In this document: piece by piece, positions 1-13,710 of the stretch
Position numbering within the stretch: position 1 is the first letter of the stretch
How the letters are laid out: each line of letters starts with the position of its first letter
Assembly (NCBI RefSeq): GCF_031179285.1
Contig: NZ_JAPSHY010000008.1
Location: 69,959 to 133,958 of the forward strand
Source of the DNA: Microbacterium sp.
Lineage (GTDB): Bacteria > Actinomycetota > Actinomycetes > Actinomycetales > Microbacteriaceae
Reading direction: 5' to 3'
Length of the DNA stretch: 64,000 bases
Translations under genes and position numbers: made by a program
Notes under the pieces: model-generated
The model's database searches: none
Told to the model about the DNA's origin: nothing
The model's input: the letters and a program-made list of their open reading frames with translations, nothing else

Positions 1-587
1 AGATAGCCCGGGTCGCAACCGGCCGTGTCAGGACATCCTTGTCCCATCGCGATATTGAATCGCCCTTGGCTGGGGAAAGTGTGGGTGACCAGGCTCTGTT
101 CCTTCTCCAGCATCACGACGAGGACTTGCGGGTTGATCCCGCAGGATTGTGCCACCTTCGCGATGATTGTCGCGGCGGACTCGTTGCCCGCGCCGGAGTA
201 TCCACGGCAGTATGCGTCGGCTGAACGGTTCGGTGTGTTCTGACGGTAGTCCTTGAGACACACGTAGCCGGCGCGGCATGAACTCACCTTGCTGCGCAGG
301 AACGAGTCGATGTTCGCGCTGCTCATCGTTGAAGGATTGAAGAAGACCGCGTCGGCGATGATGTTGCCCGGTCGGAAAGATGCGAGGTTCGCTGCCTTCG
401 TGATGTCGTTCGGTGCAGCCGCGTGGGTGGCTGTAGCGCTTCCGGAACTGGCCGCCATGCTGACGACCCCCGGGAAACCGGTGCTGGCAGCCGCAACCGG
501 ACTTGCCACGAGGATCGAGGCGCCGAGTATACCTGCGGCCACGCTGGCGACGATGGTCTGCAGGCTGAGGAATCGTTGACCGGTCAC
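1..587 (-). CDS. Secreted Cys-rich protein, N-terminal part only (runs off the window edge); signal peptide followed by a conserved domain, possibly lysozyme-like
   Basis: Manual translation from GTG at 587 is open to base 1: VTGQRFLSLQTIVASVAAGILGASILVASPVAAA (signal peptide)...FRPGNIIADAVFFNP...CLKDY...SAATIIAKVAQSCGINPQVLVVMLEKEQSLVT...AMGQGCPDTAGC. Missing from the ORF track because there is no stop in the window. CACAAT -10 lies 6 nt upstream. Confidence 0.75.
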   Translation of the reverse strand, partial: MTGQRFLSLQTIVASVAAGILGASILVASPVAAASTGFPGVVSMAASSGSATATHAAAPNDITKAANLASFRPGNIIADAVFFNPSTMSSANIDSFLRSKVSSCRAGYVCLKDYRQNTPNRSADAYCRGYSGAGNESAATIIAKVAQSCGINPQVLVVMLEKEQSLVTHTFPSQGRFNIAMGQGCPDTAGCDPGY

Positions 588-696
588 TTGCTCATTGTGA
601 CTGATATATGCGGATGATGCCAGTGTGAAGGATGTGACTTGCCTTGCTTGAGCTCGGCGCCCGCGGCTCTCAGCTCAGGTGTGGCACGATATGGGG

Positions 697-3985
<3,289 letters not shown>

Positions 3986-4125
3986 GCGCGCGAGGACTGC
4001 CGACGCGACGCCGGAAGGGAGACTGAGCCTCAACGGAATCGGCGACCTCGCTACGCGTCCTAGCAACAGCACTCTGAAGCTGGACGAGATTGTGTTGGCT
4101 GGCGTTCATCCCCTGCGGTGATGCG

Positions 4126-4152
4126 CGAGTGTTTGAGCTAGACGCTCAACTC
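4126..4152. terminator. Hairpin downstream of rmlCD, between convergent genes
   Basis: GAG.TGT.TTGAGC-tagac-GCTCAA.CTC inverted repeat. Confidence 0.4.
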
Positions 4153-4170
4153 TCTGTCGTGGGCGCAGAT

Positions 4171-4260
4171 GGACCTGGTGGATCTGTCAGATCTGTCGTG
4201 ACCCGGTAGATCTGTCGTGACCCGGTGGATCTGTCGTGACCCGGTGGATCTGTCGTCACC
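4171..4260. repeat. Tandem 19-bp direct repeat: 3 full units plus partial flanking units
   Basis: GATCTGTCGTGACCCGGT(A/G) at 4190-4208, 4209-4227, 4228-4246; partial units at 4171-4189 and 4247-4260. Confidence 0.92.
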
Positions 4261-4284
4261 GTCGTTGAGTGTAAGAGGCCGGCG

Positions 4285-6396
4285 TCACTGCGCTGGCGTT
4301 CCTGCTGTCAACATCGGCAGGAGCCGCTGTGTCAGAATTCGCGACGTGCTCGCCGCGAATGACCGGGTCAGGTGATTGTCGTCTGTGTAGACCACCAATC
4401 CGCCGATCTGGGAAAGGCATCGTGTTTCGGTACAGAAGACATCTGTCAGATCCAGCACACCTCCGCCTGCAGCCTCTGCACCCGCGCGCATCGGGTCGGA
4501 GAACTCACTCGCAGCTCGCGGAAGCGTGCACCCGTCAGCATCTAGGTGAACTGCCAAACAGTCAGCGGCGCTCGCCGCACCCTGAGCCGGCACGGCATTC
4601 AACTCCGGCGGAGCGGCGAGCACGATGACGTTCTTGCCTATCGACTCAAGCTCGGCGACGCTGTCGGCAACCATGTCCGGGGTCAATGGATGGAGCTCCG
4701 GATCATCGGAGAGGTACAGCCTCGTTCGGTTGACGAATACGACGTCGGTGATCGTAGGATCTGACGCTACTTCAGACAGCACCGCGTCCGTGAGCACAGG
4801 GCAGAGCTGGCTTCCAACAGGATCGAAACCCCACGCGCTGCCAAGCGGCTCGCGGCTGATCAGTGGACAGCCGGAGACCAGAAAGGTGCTGAGCCCGTGG
4901 CCGCTAGAAGCGGCTGCTCGTTCGAATGCTTCAACCCAGCGCGTGGCGTGCGAATCGCCCACGAGAGCGATTCGAGTAGCGCCTGGTTCCGCATCCACGA
5001 CGTCACACCGCACGTATTCTTGGCTCTCGACTGAGCGTTCGCAGGCTCGCACCGCTTCGCTGGGTAGGTCCGCAGGGAACGATTCGACCGGCGCTTGAAG
5101 CCGAATATACAGCGGATCACCGCACGACTTCGATGCCATCGACTCTGCCCCGACACACGGTTGCGTCGCCTCGGACACTTCAGGCGGCGGCGGCACGGTT
5201 GCGGTCGCGAGTGGAAGCGCGGTTGCACAGACCAGAGCCATCGCGCCAGCGGCGGCAAGCAGAGACCTTCGGGGGCGCGAACGACTGAGCCAGCGACTTG
5301 TCCGAGCCGGGTCCTCGACGAGAAACTTGGACGCACCGCCAAGAGCGAGAGACGCCGCCAGTACCGCGATCTTCTCTATCGTGGTCAATGCGTGACCGGT
5401 CGAGAACGGAACAAGGATGATCAGCGGCCAGTGCCAGAGGTATACACCGTACGAGATGTCGCCGACAAACTGTATTGGACGCCACGAGAGCATCCTGATC
5501 GGGGAAAGGCGAGCGGCGGCGGTCCCGGCAGCGACGACCATGATGGTGCCCACGACTGGGAGGGCAGCGGTGTAGGACGGGAAAGGCGTAGCCGGCCCGT
5601 AGACGAGCATGGCTATCGCGATGGCCGCCAATCCGCCCCAGGAGATCAATGTTCTTGCTGTGTGTGGGAACGTGTGGCTATTTCGCCGCAGCGTGAGCGC
5701 GAGAAGTGCGCCGGCGCCGAACTCCCAGGCACGGGTGAAGGTCGAGAAGTACGCAATATCGGGCGAGGTTGCAGTGGTCAGCACGGACGCCGTGAAACTG
5801 ACTGCAGTGATCACGGCGATTGCTACCGTGATCCCGGTCGTGCCGTCTCGGCCGAGGCGACGCGCTACCCACCAGCCCGCGATGAGAAGGATGGGCCACG
5901 CCAGATAGAACTGTTCCTCGACGCTCAGCGTCCAGAATTGCTGAGTGGGAGACTTGACGTTGGACAACGCCATGTAGTCAACTGATTGCGTTGCCAACGC
6001 CCAGTTCTCAATGTAGAGGGTAGATGCGATGATCTCGCTACCCAACTGAGCCCAGCGCGCGAGAGGCACGCTCACCCAGACGGCAATAGCGGTGACAGCG
6101 AGCACCAACAAAGACGCTGGAAGAAGGCGTCGCGCTCTTCGCGCCCAGAACGCAGGTAAGGAGATCGTGCCGTGTACTGCGAACTCTCGTGCGAGATGGT
6201 CAGTAATCAGAAAGCCTGAGACCACGAAAAACACATCAACCCCGACAAAACCCCCGGGGAGTCGTAGAGGCCACAGGTGGAAGAGCAGCACGCCCATGAC
6301 CGCAACTGCTCTGAGTCCCTGAATCTCCGGCCTGATTCTGTTGTGAGGCGCGCCTGCTTGAGGAGGCGCTGCCATGGCAAGCGCTGATGATGTCAC
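4285..6396 (-). CDS. Acyltransferase-3 / SGNH fusion O-acyltransferase (OafA/OatA-like)
   Basis: RPEIQGLRAVAV, GGFVGVDVFFVVSGFLIT, FWTLSVEEQFY, about 10 TM helices; C-terminal GDSHA and DDNH catalytic motifs. Confidence 0.92.
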   Translation of the reverse strand: MTSSALAMAAPPQAGAPHNRIRPEIQGLRAVAVMGVLLFHLWPLRLPGGFVGVDVFFVVSGFLITDHLAREFAVHGTISLPAFWARRARRLLPASLLVLAVTAIAVWVSVPLARWAQLGSEIIASTLYIENWALATQSVDYMALSNVKSPTQQFWTLSVEEQFYLAWPILLIAGWWVARRLGRDGTTGITVAIAVITAVSFTASVLTTATSPDIAYFSTFTRAWEFGAGALLALTLRRNSHTFPHTARTLISWGGLAAIAIAMLVYGPATPFPSYTAALPVVGTIMVVAAGTAAARLSPIRMLSWRPIQFVGDISYGVYLWHWPLIILVPFSTGHALTTIEKIAVLAASLALGGASKFLVEDPARTSRWLSRSRPRRSLLAAAGAMALVCATALPLATATVPPPPEVSEATQPCVGAESMASKSCGDPLYIRLQAPVESFPADLPSEAVRACERSVESQEYVRCDVVDAEPGATRIALVGDSHATRWVEAFERAAASSGHGLSTFLVSGCPLISREPLGSAWGFDPVGSQLCPVLTDAVLSEVASDPTITDVVFVNRTRLYLSDDPELHPLTPDMVADSVAELESIGKNVIVLAAPPELNAVPAQGAASAADCLAVHLDADGCTLPRAASEFSDPMRAGAEAAGGGVLDLTDVFCTETRCLSQIGGLVVYTDDNHLTRSFAASTSRILTQRLLPMLTAGTPAQ

Positions 6397-6518
6397 GTGA
6401 GTGTTCCAAGGTGTCGGAGCCCTGAATCACGGGCTTCTTGAAAGGCTACGCGAAAACCTGCCGCACCTCGACGCGGCAGCGGTGACGCACGCGCGCTCAC
6501 TGGTGAAGATACGATTGA

Positions 6519-7658
<1,140 letters not shown>

Positions 7659-7668
7659 ACTCGGCATT

Positions 7669-8460
7669 GTGAGTCACGCTGCTGTCGGGGCGCCGGGAAC
7701 GCCCCGGCGATACCTGCATTCACTCTGGCTGCTGTCGGCCCGCGATCTGAAGGTCCGCTACGCGACGAGCTTCTTGGGGTACGTCTGGTCGGTGCTCGAC
7801 CCTCTGGTGATGAGCCTGATCTACTGGTTCGTCTTCACTCAGGTCTTCAAGCGCTCCGTCGGCGAGGATCCGTACATCGTCTTCCTCATCGTCGCGCTTC
7901 TGCCGTGGGTGTGGTTCAACACCTCGGTGTCCGACTTCACGCGGGCCTTCCGCAAGGACTCGCGACTCGTTCGCTCCACGTCGATTCCGCGATCGATCTG
8001 GGTGAACCGGATTGTGCTCAGCAAGGGCGTCGAGTTCCTCTTCTCCCTTCCGGTGCTGGTGGTCTTCGCGATCCTCAACGGCGCAACCGTCACCTGGGCC
8101 CTGTTCTGGTTCCCGGTCGCGGTCATCCTGCAGGTGATGCTCCTCGTCGGCCTCGGGCTTTTAGTCGCTCCGCTGTGCGTCCTCTACACAGACCTCGAGC
8201 GGACAACTGCTCTCATCCTCCGAGCCCTCTTCTACGCGTCGCCGGTGATCTACAGCGTCCGTGACCTCCCAGCCCCCTTTGACGTCATCGGCTCTTTCAA
8301 TCCGCTTGCCGGCATCTTCACGCTCTATCGCGTCGGCTTCTTCCCCGACCAGTGGGAGACGATGCCTGTGATCATCAGCGTCGTGATAACGGTCGTCATC
8401 TTCGTCCTCGGAGTGTGGACCTTCAAGAGCCTCGAACGACCCGTGCTGAAGGAGCTGTGA
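7669..8460 (+). CDS. wzm: ABC-2 polysaccharide exporter permease
   Basis: RDLKVRYATSFLGYVWSVLDPL, 6 TM helices, FYASPVIYS, FNPL; GTG 7669 chosen. Confidence 0.92.
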   Translation: MSHAAVGAPGTPRRYLHSLWLLSARDLKVRYATSFLGYVWSVLDPLVMSLIYWFVFTQVFKRSVGEDPYIVFLIVALLPWVWFNTSVSDFTRAFRKDSRLVRSTSIPRSIWVNRIVLSKGVEFLFSLPVLVVFAILNGATVTWALFWFPVAVILQVMLLVGLGLLVAPLCVLYTDLERTTALILRALFYASPVIYSVRDLPAPFDVIGSFNPLAGIFTLYRVGFFPDQWETMPVIISVVITVVIFVLGVWTFKSLERPVLKEL

Positions 8461-9197
8461 TGCCGGTCGCCATCGAAGTGCAGAATCTCGGCGTCCACTT
8501 CCGACGCAATCGCCGCGGGCGGCGCAGCTTCAAAGATCTTTTCGCCGGAGCATCGCGCCGTTCCCGCCCAGGCGAGTTCTGGGCGCTCCGCGATGTCTCC
8601 TTCACCGTGCAGGCGGGGGAGTCCATCGGCGTCGTCGGTCGCAACGGGCAGGGCAAATCCACGCTCCTGCGCCTCGTCGCAGGCGTTCTCCTGCCTGACG
8701 AGGGCGGGGTGACGGTCAATGGGGGTGTCGCACCGCTGATCGAGATCACCGGGGGCTTCGTCGGCGATCTCACCGTGCGCGAGAACGTGCGCCTGACCGC
8801 GGGCCTGCACGGTATGTCCCGGGAAGAGGTGTCGCGTCGCTACGAAGGCATCATCGCTTTCGCGGAGCTCGAGGGCTTCGAGGACACTCCCTACAAGCAC
8901 CTGTCGAACGGTATGAAGGTGCGCCTGGCGTTCTCGGTGGTGTCGCAGCTCGACGAACCGATCCTGCTCGTGGACGAAGTGCTCGCCGTCGGCGACAAGG
9001 CCTTCCGCGAGAAGTGCTACAAGCGCATCGACGAGCTGCTTGCCGAGGGCCGGACGCTGTTCTTCGTCAGTCACAACGAGCGCGACCTTCGACGGTTCTG
9101 CACGCGGGGGTTGTATCTAGACAAGGGCGCACTCGCGCTCGATGCCCCCATCGCCGAGGTACTCGACCGCTACAACTCGGACTACAACCGACCGTAG
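8460..9197 (+). CDS. wzt: ABC polysaccharide exporter ATPase, with no C-terminal carbohydrate-binding domain
   Basis: FWALRDVSF, Walker A GRNGQGKST, LSNGMKVRL, LLVDEVLAVGD; 245 aa. Confidence 0.93.
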   Translation: MPVAIEVQNLGVHFRRNRRGRRSFKDLFAGASRRSRPGEFWALRDVSFTVQAGESIGVVGRNGQGKSTLLRLVAGVLLPDEGGVTVNGGVAPLIEITGGFVGDLTVRENVRLTAGLHGMSREEVSRRYEGIIAFAELEGFEDTPYKHLSNGMKVRLAFSVVSQLDEPILLVDEVLAVGDKAFREKCYKRIDELLAEGRTLFFVSHNERDLRRFCTRGLYLDKGALALDAPIAEVLDRYNSDYNRP

Positions 9198-9223
9198 CGG
9201 GGTCTTGGCGCACCGCTCGCCCG

Positions 9224-9955
9224 TTATCGCCCGGGCTTCTTCTGTTCGATGTGTGCGTTGATGGCCGCCAGATCCGGATTCGACTCAAGAACGCCGATGA
9301 TCTCTTCGGCTGTGCGAGTCTGCGCGTGGTGTTCGATGATCAGGCGTCGGATGAGCTCGAGATCCGCCGCGGTGTCCAGCGTGACCCGGTATGCGGATGC
9401 ATCGGATTCGCGCCGAACAGCGTGCATCGTAAAGCGCCCTGAGCGATTGGCGTAGAGATACGGCGTGACATGCTCACGGTCGGATGGTTCTGTCGCGTGG
9501 TGATCTGCCTCGATGAGCGCTTGCGTCGAGAACACTTCGAAGTCGAATCCTCGCGGATACGTTCGCTGTAGCACATTGGAGACGTGAGCGTACGGATCGT
9601 CGAGCGTCAGAAAGCGCTCAATCCCCTCGCGGATGACGGCGGGGTCGATGAGCGGGCAATCGGCGGTGACGCGGACCACGACGTCGAGCCCGGCCGCCTT
9701 CGCGGCGCCGGCGAAACGCGCGAGAACATCCTGCTCGCCGCCACGGAAAGTGCTGGCTCCGTGTGCGGCAGCCTCAGCGACGATCCCGTCATCGATGTCG
9801 TTCACGGTCGTCGCGACGGTCACCGGCACGCCGATCGGTGTCAGTCGGTCGAGTTGGTGGCCGAGCATCGATTTGCCGGCGACTTCGATGAGCACCTTTC
9901 CAGGCAAGCGAGTGCTCGTCATCCGCGCCTGGGTGATGATGCCGACCCGTCTCAT
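9224..9955 (-). CDS. pseF: SpsF-type nonulosonate cytidylyltransferase (CMP-Pse synthetase role)
   Basis: IITQARMTSTRLPGKVL, RVTADCPLIDP, YPRGFDFEV, REHVTPY, RVTLDT; lies directly downstream of pseBC. Confidence 0.8.
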   Translation of the reverse strand: MRRVGIITQARMTSTRLPGKVLIEVAGKSMLGHQLDRLTPIGVPVTVATTVNDIDDGIVAEAAAHGASTFRGGEQDVLARFAGAAKAAGLDVVVRVTADCPLIDPAVIREGIERFLTLDDPYAHVSNVLQRTYPRGFDFEVFSTQALIEADHHATEPSDREHVTPYLYANRSGRFTMHAVRRESDASAYRVTLDTAADLELIRRLIIEHHAQTRTAEEIIGVLESNPDLAAINAHIEQKKPGR

Positions 9956-11076
9956 CGCAGTGCTCGGATGAGGCTGTCGACCACACGGTCCACCTGATCG
10001 TCGGTGAGGTCTGGATAGATCGGCAGGGAGAGTTCCTCAGCGTAGAATGCCTCGGCATTGGGGCACATGCCGCGCCGGTATCCCGCGTCCGCGTAGACGG
10101 GGTGCCAGTACACAGGCATGTAGTTCACCTGCACACCGATACCGTCACCGCGCATTCGTTCGAACACCTCGCGTCGGCGACCGTCGAGGATCCTCACCGG
10201 GTAAAGGTGACGTACGAGCTCGACATTCGCCCGCTGCACCGGCAGTCTCACCCCATCGACATCTTGTAGCGCGATGTCGTACCGGCGGGTGATCTCCTGG
10301 CGCCGCCTCCGGAAATGGTCAAGGCGGCGAAGCTGAGCGATTCCGAGTGCAGAGGCGATATCGGTCAGGCGGTAGTTCACGCCGAACTCGTGAACCTCTT
10401 GGTGCCATGCTCCTTCGGTCGATATGCGAAATCGGTCCGGATCGCGGACGAGTCCGATGAAGTGGAACTCGTGCGCGCGCTGAGCGAGGAGCGGGTCCTT
10501 CGCCACCACCGCCCCGCCTTCGCCGGTCGTCATGTTCTTGGTTGGGAAGAACGAGAATGTCGTGATATCGGCGAGATCTCCGACGGGTCGCCCGTTGTAT
10601 GTGCTGCCGATCGAGTGGGCGGCGTCGTCGAGAACGAGGGCGCCGACCTTGGCGGTCACTGCGGCGAGACGATCGTAATCGGCTGGGTGTCCGGCATAGT
10701 CCACTGCAGCGACGACCTTCGTCTTGTCGTCGACGAGTGCATCGACGGCCGCGGGATCGATGAGCGCGGTGTCTTCCTCGACGTCGGCGAAGATGACCGA
10801 AGCACCGAGCATCGACGCCATGGATGCCGTCGCGATGAAAGTCATCGGCGTGGAGATGACCGTGTCGCCCGACGCTATCCCAGCAGCGGCGTACGCCATG
10901 TGGAGCGCGGCACTGCCGGAAGTCGCGCTCACGGCTCTGTGCCCTCCCGCGAGTTCTCCGATACGGCTCTCGAAGGCTGCGACGGTCGGTCCGGTGGTCA
11001 GCCAGTCGCCGCGGAGGATCGCGGTGACAGCTTCGATGTCATCGTCTGTTATCGATTGTCGTCCGTAGGGCAACAT
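9952..11076 (-). CDS. pseC: UDP-4-amino-4,6-dideoxy-N-acetyl-beta-L-altrosamine transaminase (DegT family)
   Basis: MLPYGRQSI, DWLTTGP, DDAAHSIG, SFFPTKNMTTGEGG, NYRLTDI. Confidence 0.9.
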   Translation of the reverse strand: MLPYGRQSITDDDIEAVTAILRGDWLTTGPTVAAFESRIGELAGGHRAVSATSGSAALHMAYAAAGIASGDTVISTPMTFIATASMASMLGASVIFADVEEDTALIDPAAVDALVDDKTKVVAAVDYAGHPADYDRLAAVTAKVGALVLDDAAHSIGSTYNGRPVGDLADITTFSFFPTKNMTTGEGGAVVAKDPLLAQRAHEFHFIGLVRDPDRFRISTEGAWHQEVHEFGVNYRLTDIASALGIAQLRRLDHFRRRRQEITRRYDIALQDVDGVRLPVQRANVELVRHLYPVRILDGRRREVFERMRGDGIGVQVNYMPVYWHPVYADAGYRRGMCPNAEAFYAEELSLPIYPDLTDDQVDRVVDSLIRALR

Positions 11077-11078
11077 TC

Positions 11079-12068
11079 TCAGATGCCTCGCCGGATGATC
11101 TCCGCGATTTGCTCTCGCGTGTACCACTGATCATTGCTGTCGGAGCGATACGCGAATCCGTCCGCTACGACCTCAGCTCCCTCTGGAGCCGAGTATCCCC
11201 ACGAAGCCAGATCCGGCTGGATGATGAAGTATTTGCCGTCGCTGACGACGACCGTCCGCCGCCCCTCTTCCGGGCTGATCATCTCCTCGTGCAACTTCTC
11301 GCCGGGCCGCAGTCCCACATCGATGAGCTCGGCATCCGGTGCGACGGCGTGGGCCAGGTCGGTGACTCTCATGGACGGGATCCGCGGAACAAGGAGTTCC
11401 CCTCCCTGCATCAACTCGAAGGTTTCAACGACCATCTCGACTGCCTGCGGCAAGGTGATGAAAAACCGGGTGCAGCGGAGGTCGGTGATCGGCAAGGGTT
11501 CCCCCGAGGCGCCGAGTTTCGCGAAGAACGGGATGACCGAACCCCGAGACCCCATCACGTTCCCGTAGCGGACGACCGCGAAGCGCGTTTCGTATGCCGC
11601 CGCGTAGTGGTTCCCGGTGATGAAGAGCTTGTCAGCGGTGAGTTTCGTTGCGCCGTAGAGGTTGATCGGACTCGAGGCCTTGTCGGTCGAGAGCGCGACA
11701 ACTTTCTTCACGCCGGCGTCGATTGACGCTTCGATGACGTTCTGACTGCCGAGGACGTTCGTCTTGACGAACTCGAAGGGATTGTATTCCGCGGTGTCCA
11801 CCTGCTTGAGGGCCGCGGCGTGAACGACGTAATCCACGCCGTGCAGTGCACGCACCAGACGCCGCTCGTCGCGGATGTCGCCGATGAACCAGCGGAGCCG
11901 AGGATCGTCGTTGAACTGCTGACGAACCTCATACTGTTTGAGCTCGTCCCGAGAGAAGATGACCAGGCGTCGCGGACGCAGGTTCTCCAGCGCATGACGG
12001 ATGAACGCCTTGCCGAACGAGCCGGTGCCACCGGTGATGAGGATGCTCGAGCCCTCGAGAATCGACAA
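11079..12068 (-). CDS. pseB: UDP-N-acetylglucosamine 4,6-dehydratase (inverting)
   Basis: ILITGGTGSFGK, FSRDELKQ, HAAALKQV, STDKASSPINLYGATK, RYGNVMGSRGSV, GLRPGEKLHE; TTG start with AGGAGA RBS. Confidence 0.95.
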   Translation of the reverse strand: MSILEGSSILITGGTGSFGKAFIRHALENLRPRRLVIFSRDELKQYEVRQQFNDDPRLRWFIGDIRDERRLVRALHGVDYVVHAAALKQVDTAEYNPFEFVKTNVLGSQNVIEASIDAGVKKVVALSTDKASSPINLYGATKLTADKLFITGNHYAAAYETRFAVVRYGNVMGSRGSVIPFFAKLGASGEPLPITDLRCTRFFITLPQAVEMVVETFELMQGGELLVPRIPSMRVTDLAHAVAPDAELIDVGLRPGEKLHEEMISPEEGRRTVVVSDGKYFIIQPDLASWGYSAPEGAEVVADGFAYRSDSNDQWYTREQIAEIIRRGI

Positions 12069-12210
12069 GCTGTCTCCTTGGCAATAGATGCGGACGCGGG
12101 CGAATCCTCGAGTGCCCTCCTGCCGAACTATCCTATCGGTGGGCGATCGCCCCACATGTCGATCCCTATACGCGGAGGACAGCGGCTTGCGCGAAGACGA
12201 AGGGACTGCG

Positions 12211-13710
12211 ATGGCTCGTCGAGTGCTTCTGCACTGCAACGCAGGCGGCCCCCATGGGATGGGGCATCTGATGAGATGTCTCGCCCTGGCCGACATCGCG
12301 CAGGAGCGGGGATGGCACGCCGCGCTGGTCGGAGACATCGACGAGGTCGGCTCCGCCGTGGCCGATCGGTTGTCCCCGCAGCTTGAGATCGTTCAATCAG
12401 CGTCGCTGCGGCGAAGCCGCTCCGCGACCAGCGTGTTCGCTGACGTCGAAGTGGTGCATCTGGACAGCTACTCGGACCTGCCCTTCACGATCCCCCGTGG
12501 GCTCCTGGTGAGCAACATGCAGGACGGACCGTTCGGCGTTCGCCCCGCAGATCTCGCCGTCGACGGCAACCTCGGCGCTGAGTTCCGGTTCGATCAGGCT
12601 GAGCTGAGCGCGCATCAACTCGTAGGCGCGGATGCCGCAGTGGTGCGCAATCAGGTGCTTCGACAGCGTGCGATCGACCCTGTCGAATCGGACCGGGTAC
12701 GAGTGCTGATCGTGATGGGGGGCACGGATCCGCTCGGTCTGACCTCTCGAGTTTTGCTCGCACTCGACAGCATCACAGTGCCGCTGGCCGTGACAGTGGT
12801 CGACCCGAATCAATCGAGCGACGTCCGATTGATCGCCGCCCGGTCTGCTCACCGAATCAGTGTCAGCGGCTTCGTTGATGACCTTCCCGCGCTCGCGCGC
12901 GAACACGATCTCGCTGTCAGCGCCGCCGGCACCTCGGTATGGGATTTCGCATGTATGGGAGTTCCGATGGCACTGCTCTGCGCGGTGGACAACCAACTCG
13001 CTGGCTACCGCACTGCAGTCGACGCGGGACTGGCTATCGGGTTGGGCACACCGCCGCATCGCGATCTGGAAAGGCGAGTCGCGGCGCTCGCTCCCCTTCT
13101 CGGCGATCGCCATGCGCTCCGTCGCCAACGTGACCGACTCATGCGCGTCATCGACGGACTAGGAGGCTGGCGAATCGTCGCAGCGTGGGAGGCGCTCATC
13201 TCGCGACGCGTGAAAGCGATCGACGCGCGTGCAGAGGAGCTCACCGTTCGCCGCGCGCGGCTCGACGATGCTTCACTCCTGTTCGAATGGCGCAATGACT
13301 CGGTGACGCGTCTGAATTCGCGTTCTACGGAAGTCCTGGATTGGGAGAGCCATCAAGCGTGGCTGGCCGCGTGCGTCGCAGACTCGGCTCGGCTGCTCCT
13401 GATCGCGGAGCATCGAGGCACGCCGATGGCGACGGTGAGGTGGGACCAGAAGGCCGGTGTCGACTGGGAGGTCTCGATCACCATGGCGCCGGAGTACCGC
13501 GGACGGGGACTCAGCGGAGCCGTACTGACGGCAGCCGAGCGGTCACTGCCTGCGTCAGCACCGGTCAGGATGCTTGCCGTCGTCCATGAAGCGAATGCGG
13601 CGTCGCTAGCCCTTTTCGCCCGCGCGGGCTACCTTCCGCATCTACCGTCGAATGCGGACGGATACGAGTCATGGGCGAGGTGGCAGCTGCCTTCCCCAGC
13701 TGCCGACTAA
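12211..13710 (+). CDS. pseG: Fused PseG (UDP-sugar hydrolase) and PseH (GNAT N-acetyltransferase)
   Basis: N-terminal GMGHLMRCLALA, MGGTDP, DLAVSAAGTS..., DNQ; C-terminal LFEWRND...H..W, PEYRGRGLS, NAASLALF. Confidence 0.87.
   Translation: MARRVLLHCNAGGPHGMGHLMRCLALADIAQERGWHAALVGDIDEVGSAVADRLSPQLEIVQSASLRRSRSATSVFADVEVVHLDSYSDLPFTIPRGLLVSNMQDGPFGVRPADLAVDGNLGAEFRFDQAELSAHQLVGADAAVVRNQVLRQRAIDPVESDRVRVLIVMGGTDPLGLTSRVLLALDSITVPLAVTVVDPNQSSDVRLIAARSAHRISVSGFVDDLPALAREHDLAVSAAGTSVWDFACMGVPMALLCAVDNQLAGYRTAVDAGLAIGLGTPPHRDLERRVAALAPLLGDRHALRRQRDRLMRVIDGLGGWRIVAAWEALISRRVKAIDARAEELTVRRARLDDASLLFEWRNDSVTRLNSRSTEVLDWESHQAWLAACVADSARLLLIAEHRGTPMATVRWDQKAGVDWEVSITMAPEYRGRGLSGAVLTAAERSLPASAPVRMLAVVHEANAASLALFARAGYLPHLPSNADGYESWARWQLPSPAAD

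Noticed and set aside
584-595. Three-codon uORF (MSK*) overlapping the GTG of the secreted protein
   Set aside because: Its ATG lies inside the CACAAT -10 of a probable leaderless transcript, so it would not be on the mRNA.
3986-4170. Possible IS remnant between rmlCD and the repeat
   Set aside because: No transposase motif, terminal inverted repeats or target duplication could be identified.
4171-4260. 19-bp repeats as a CRISPR array
   Set aside because: Units are contiguous with no unique spacers, and no cas genes are present.
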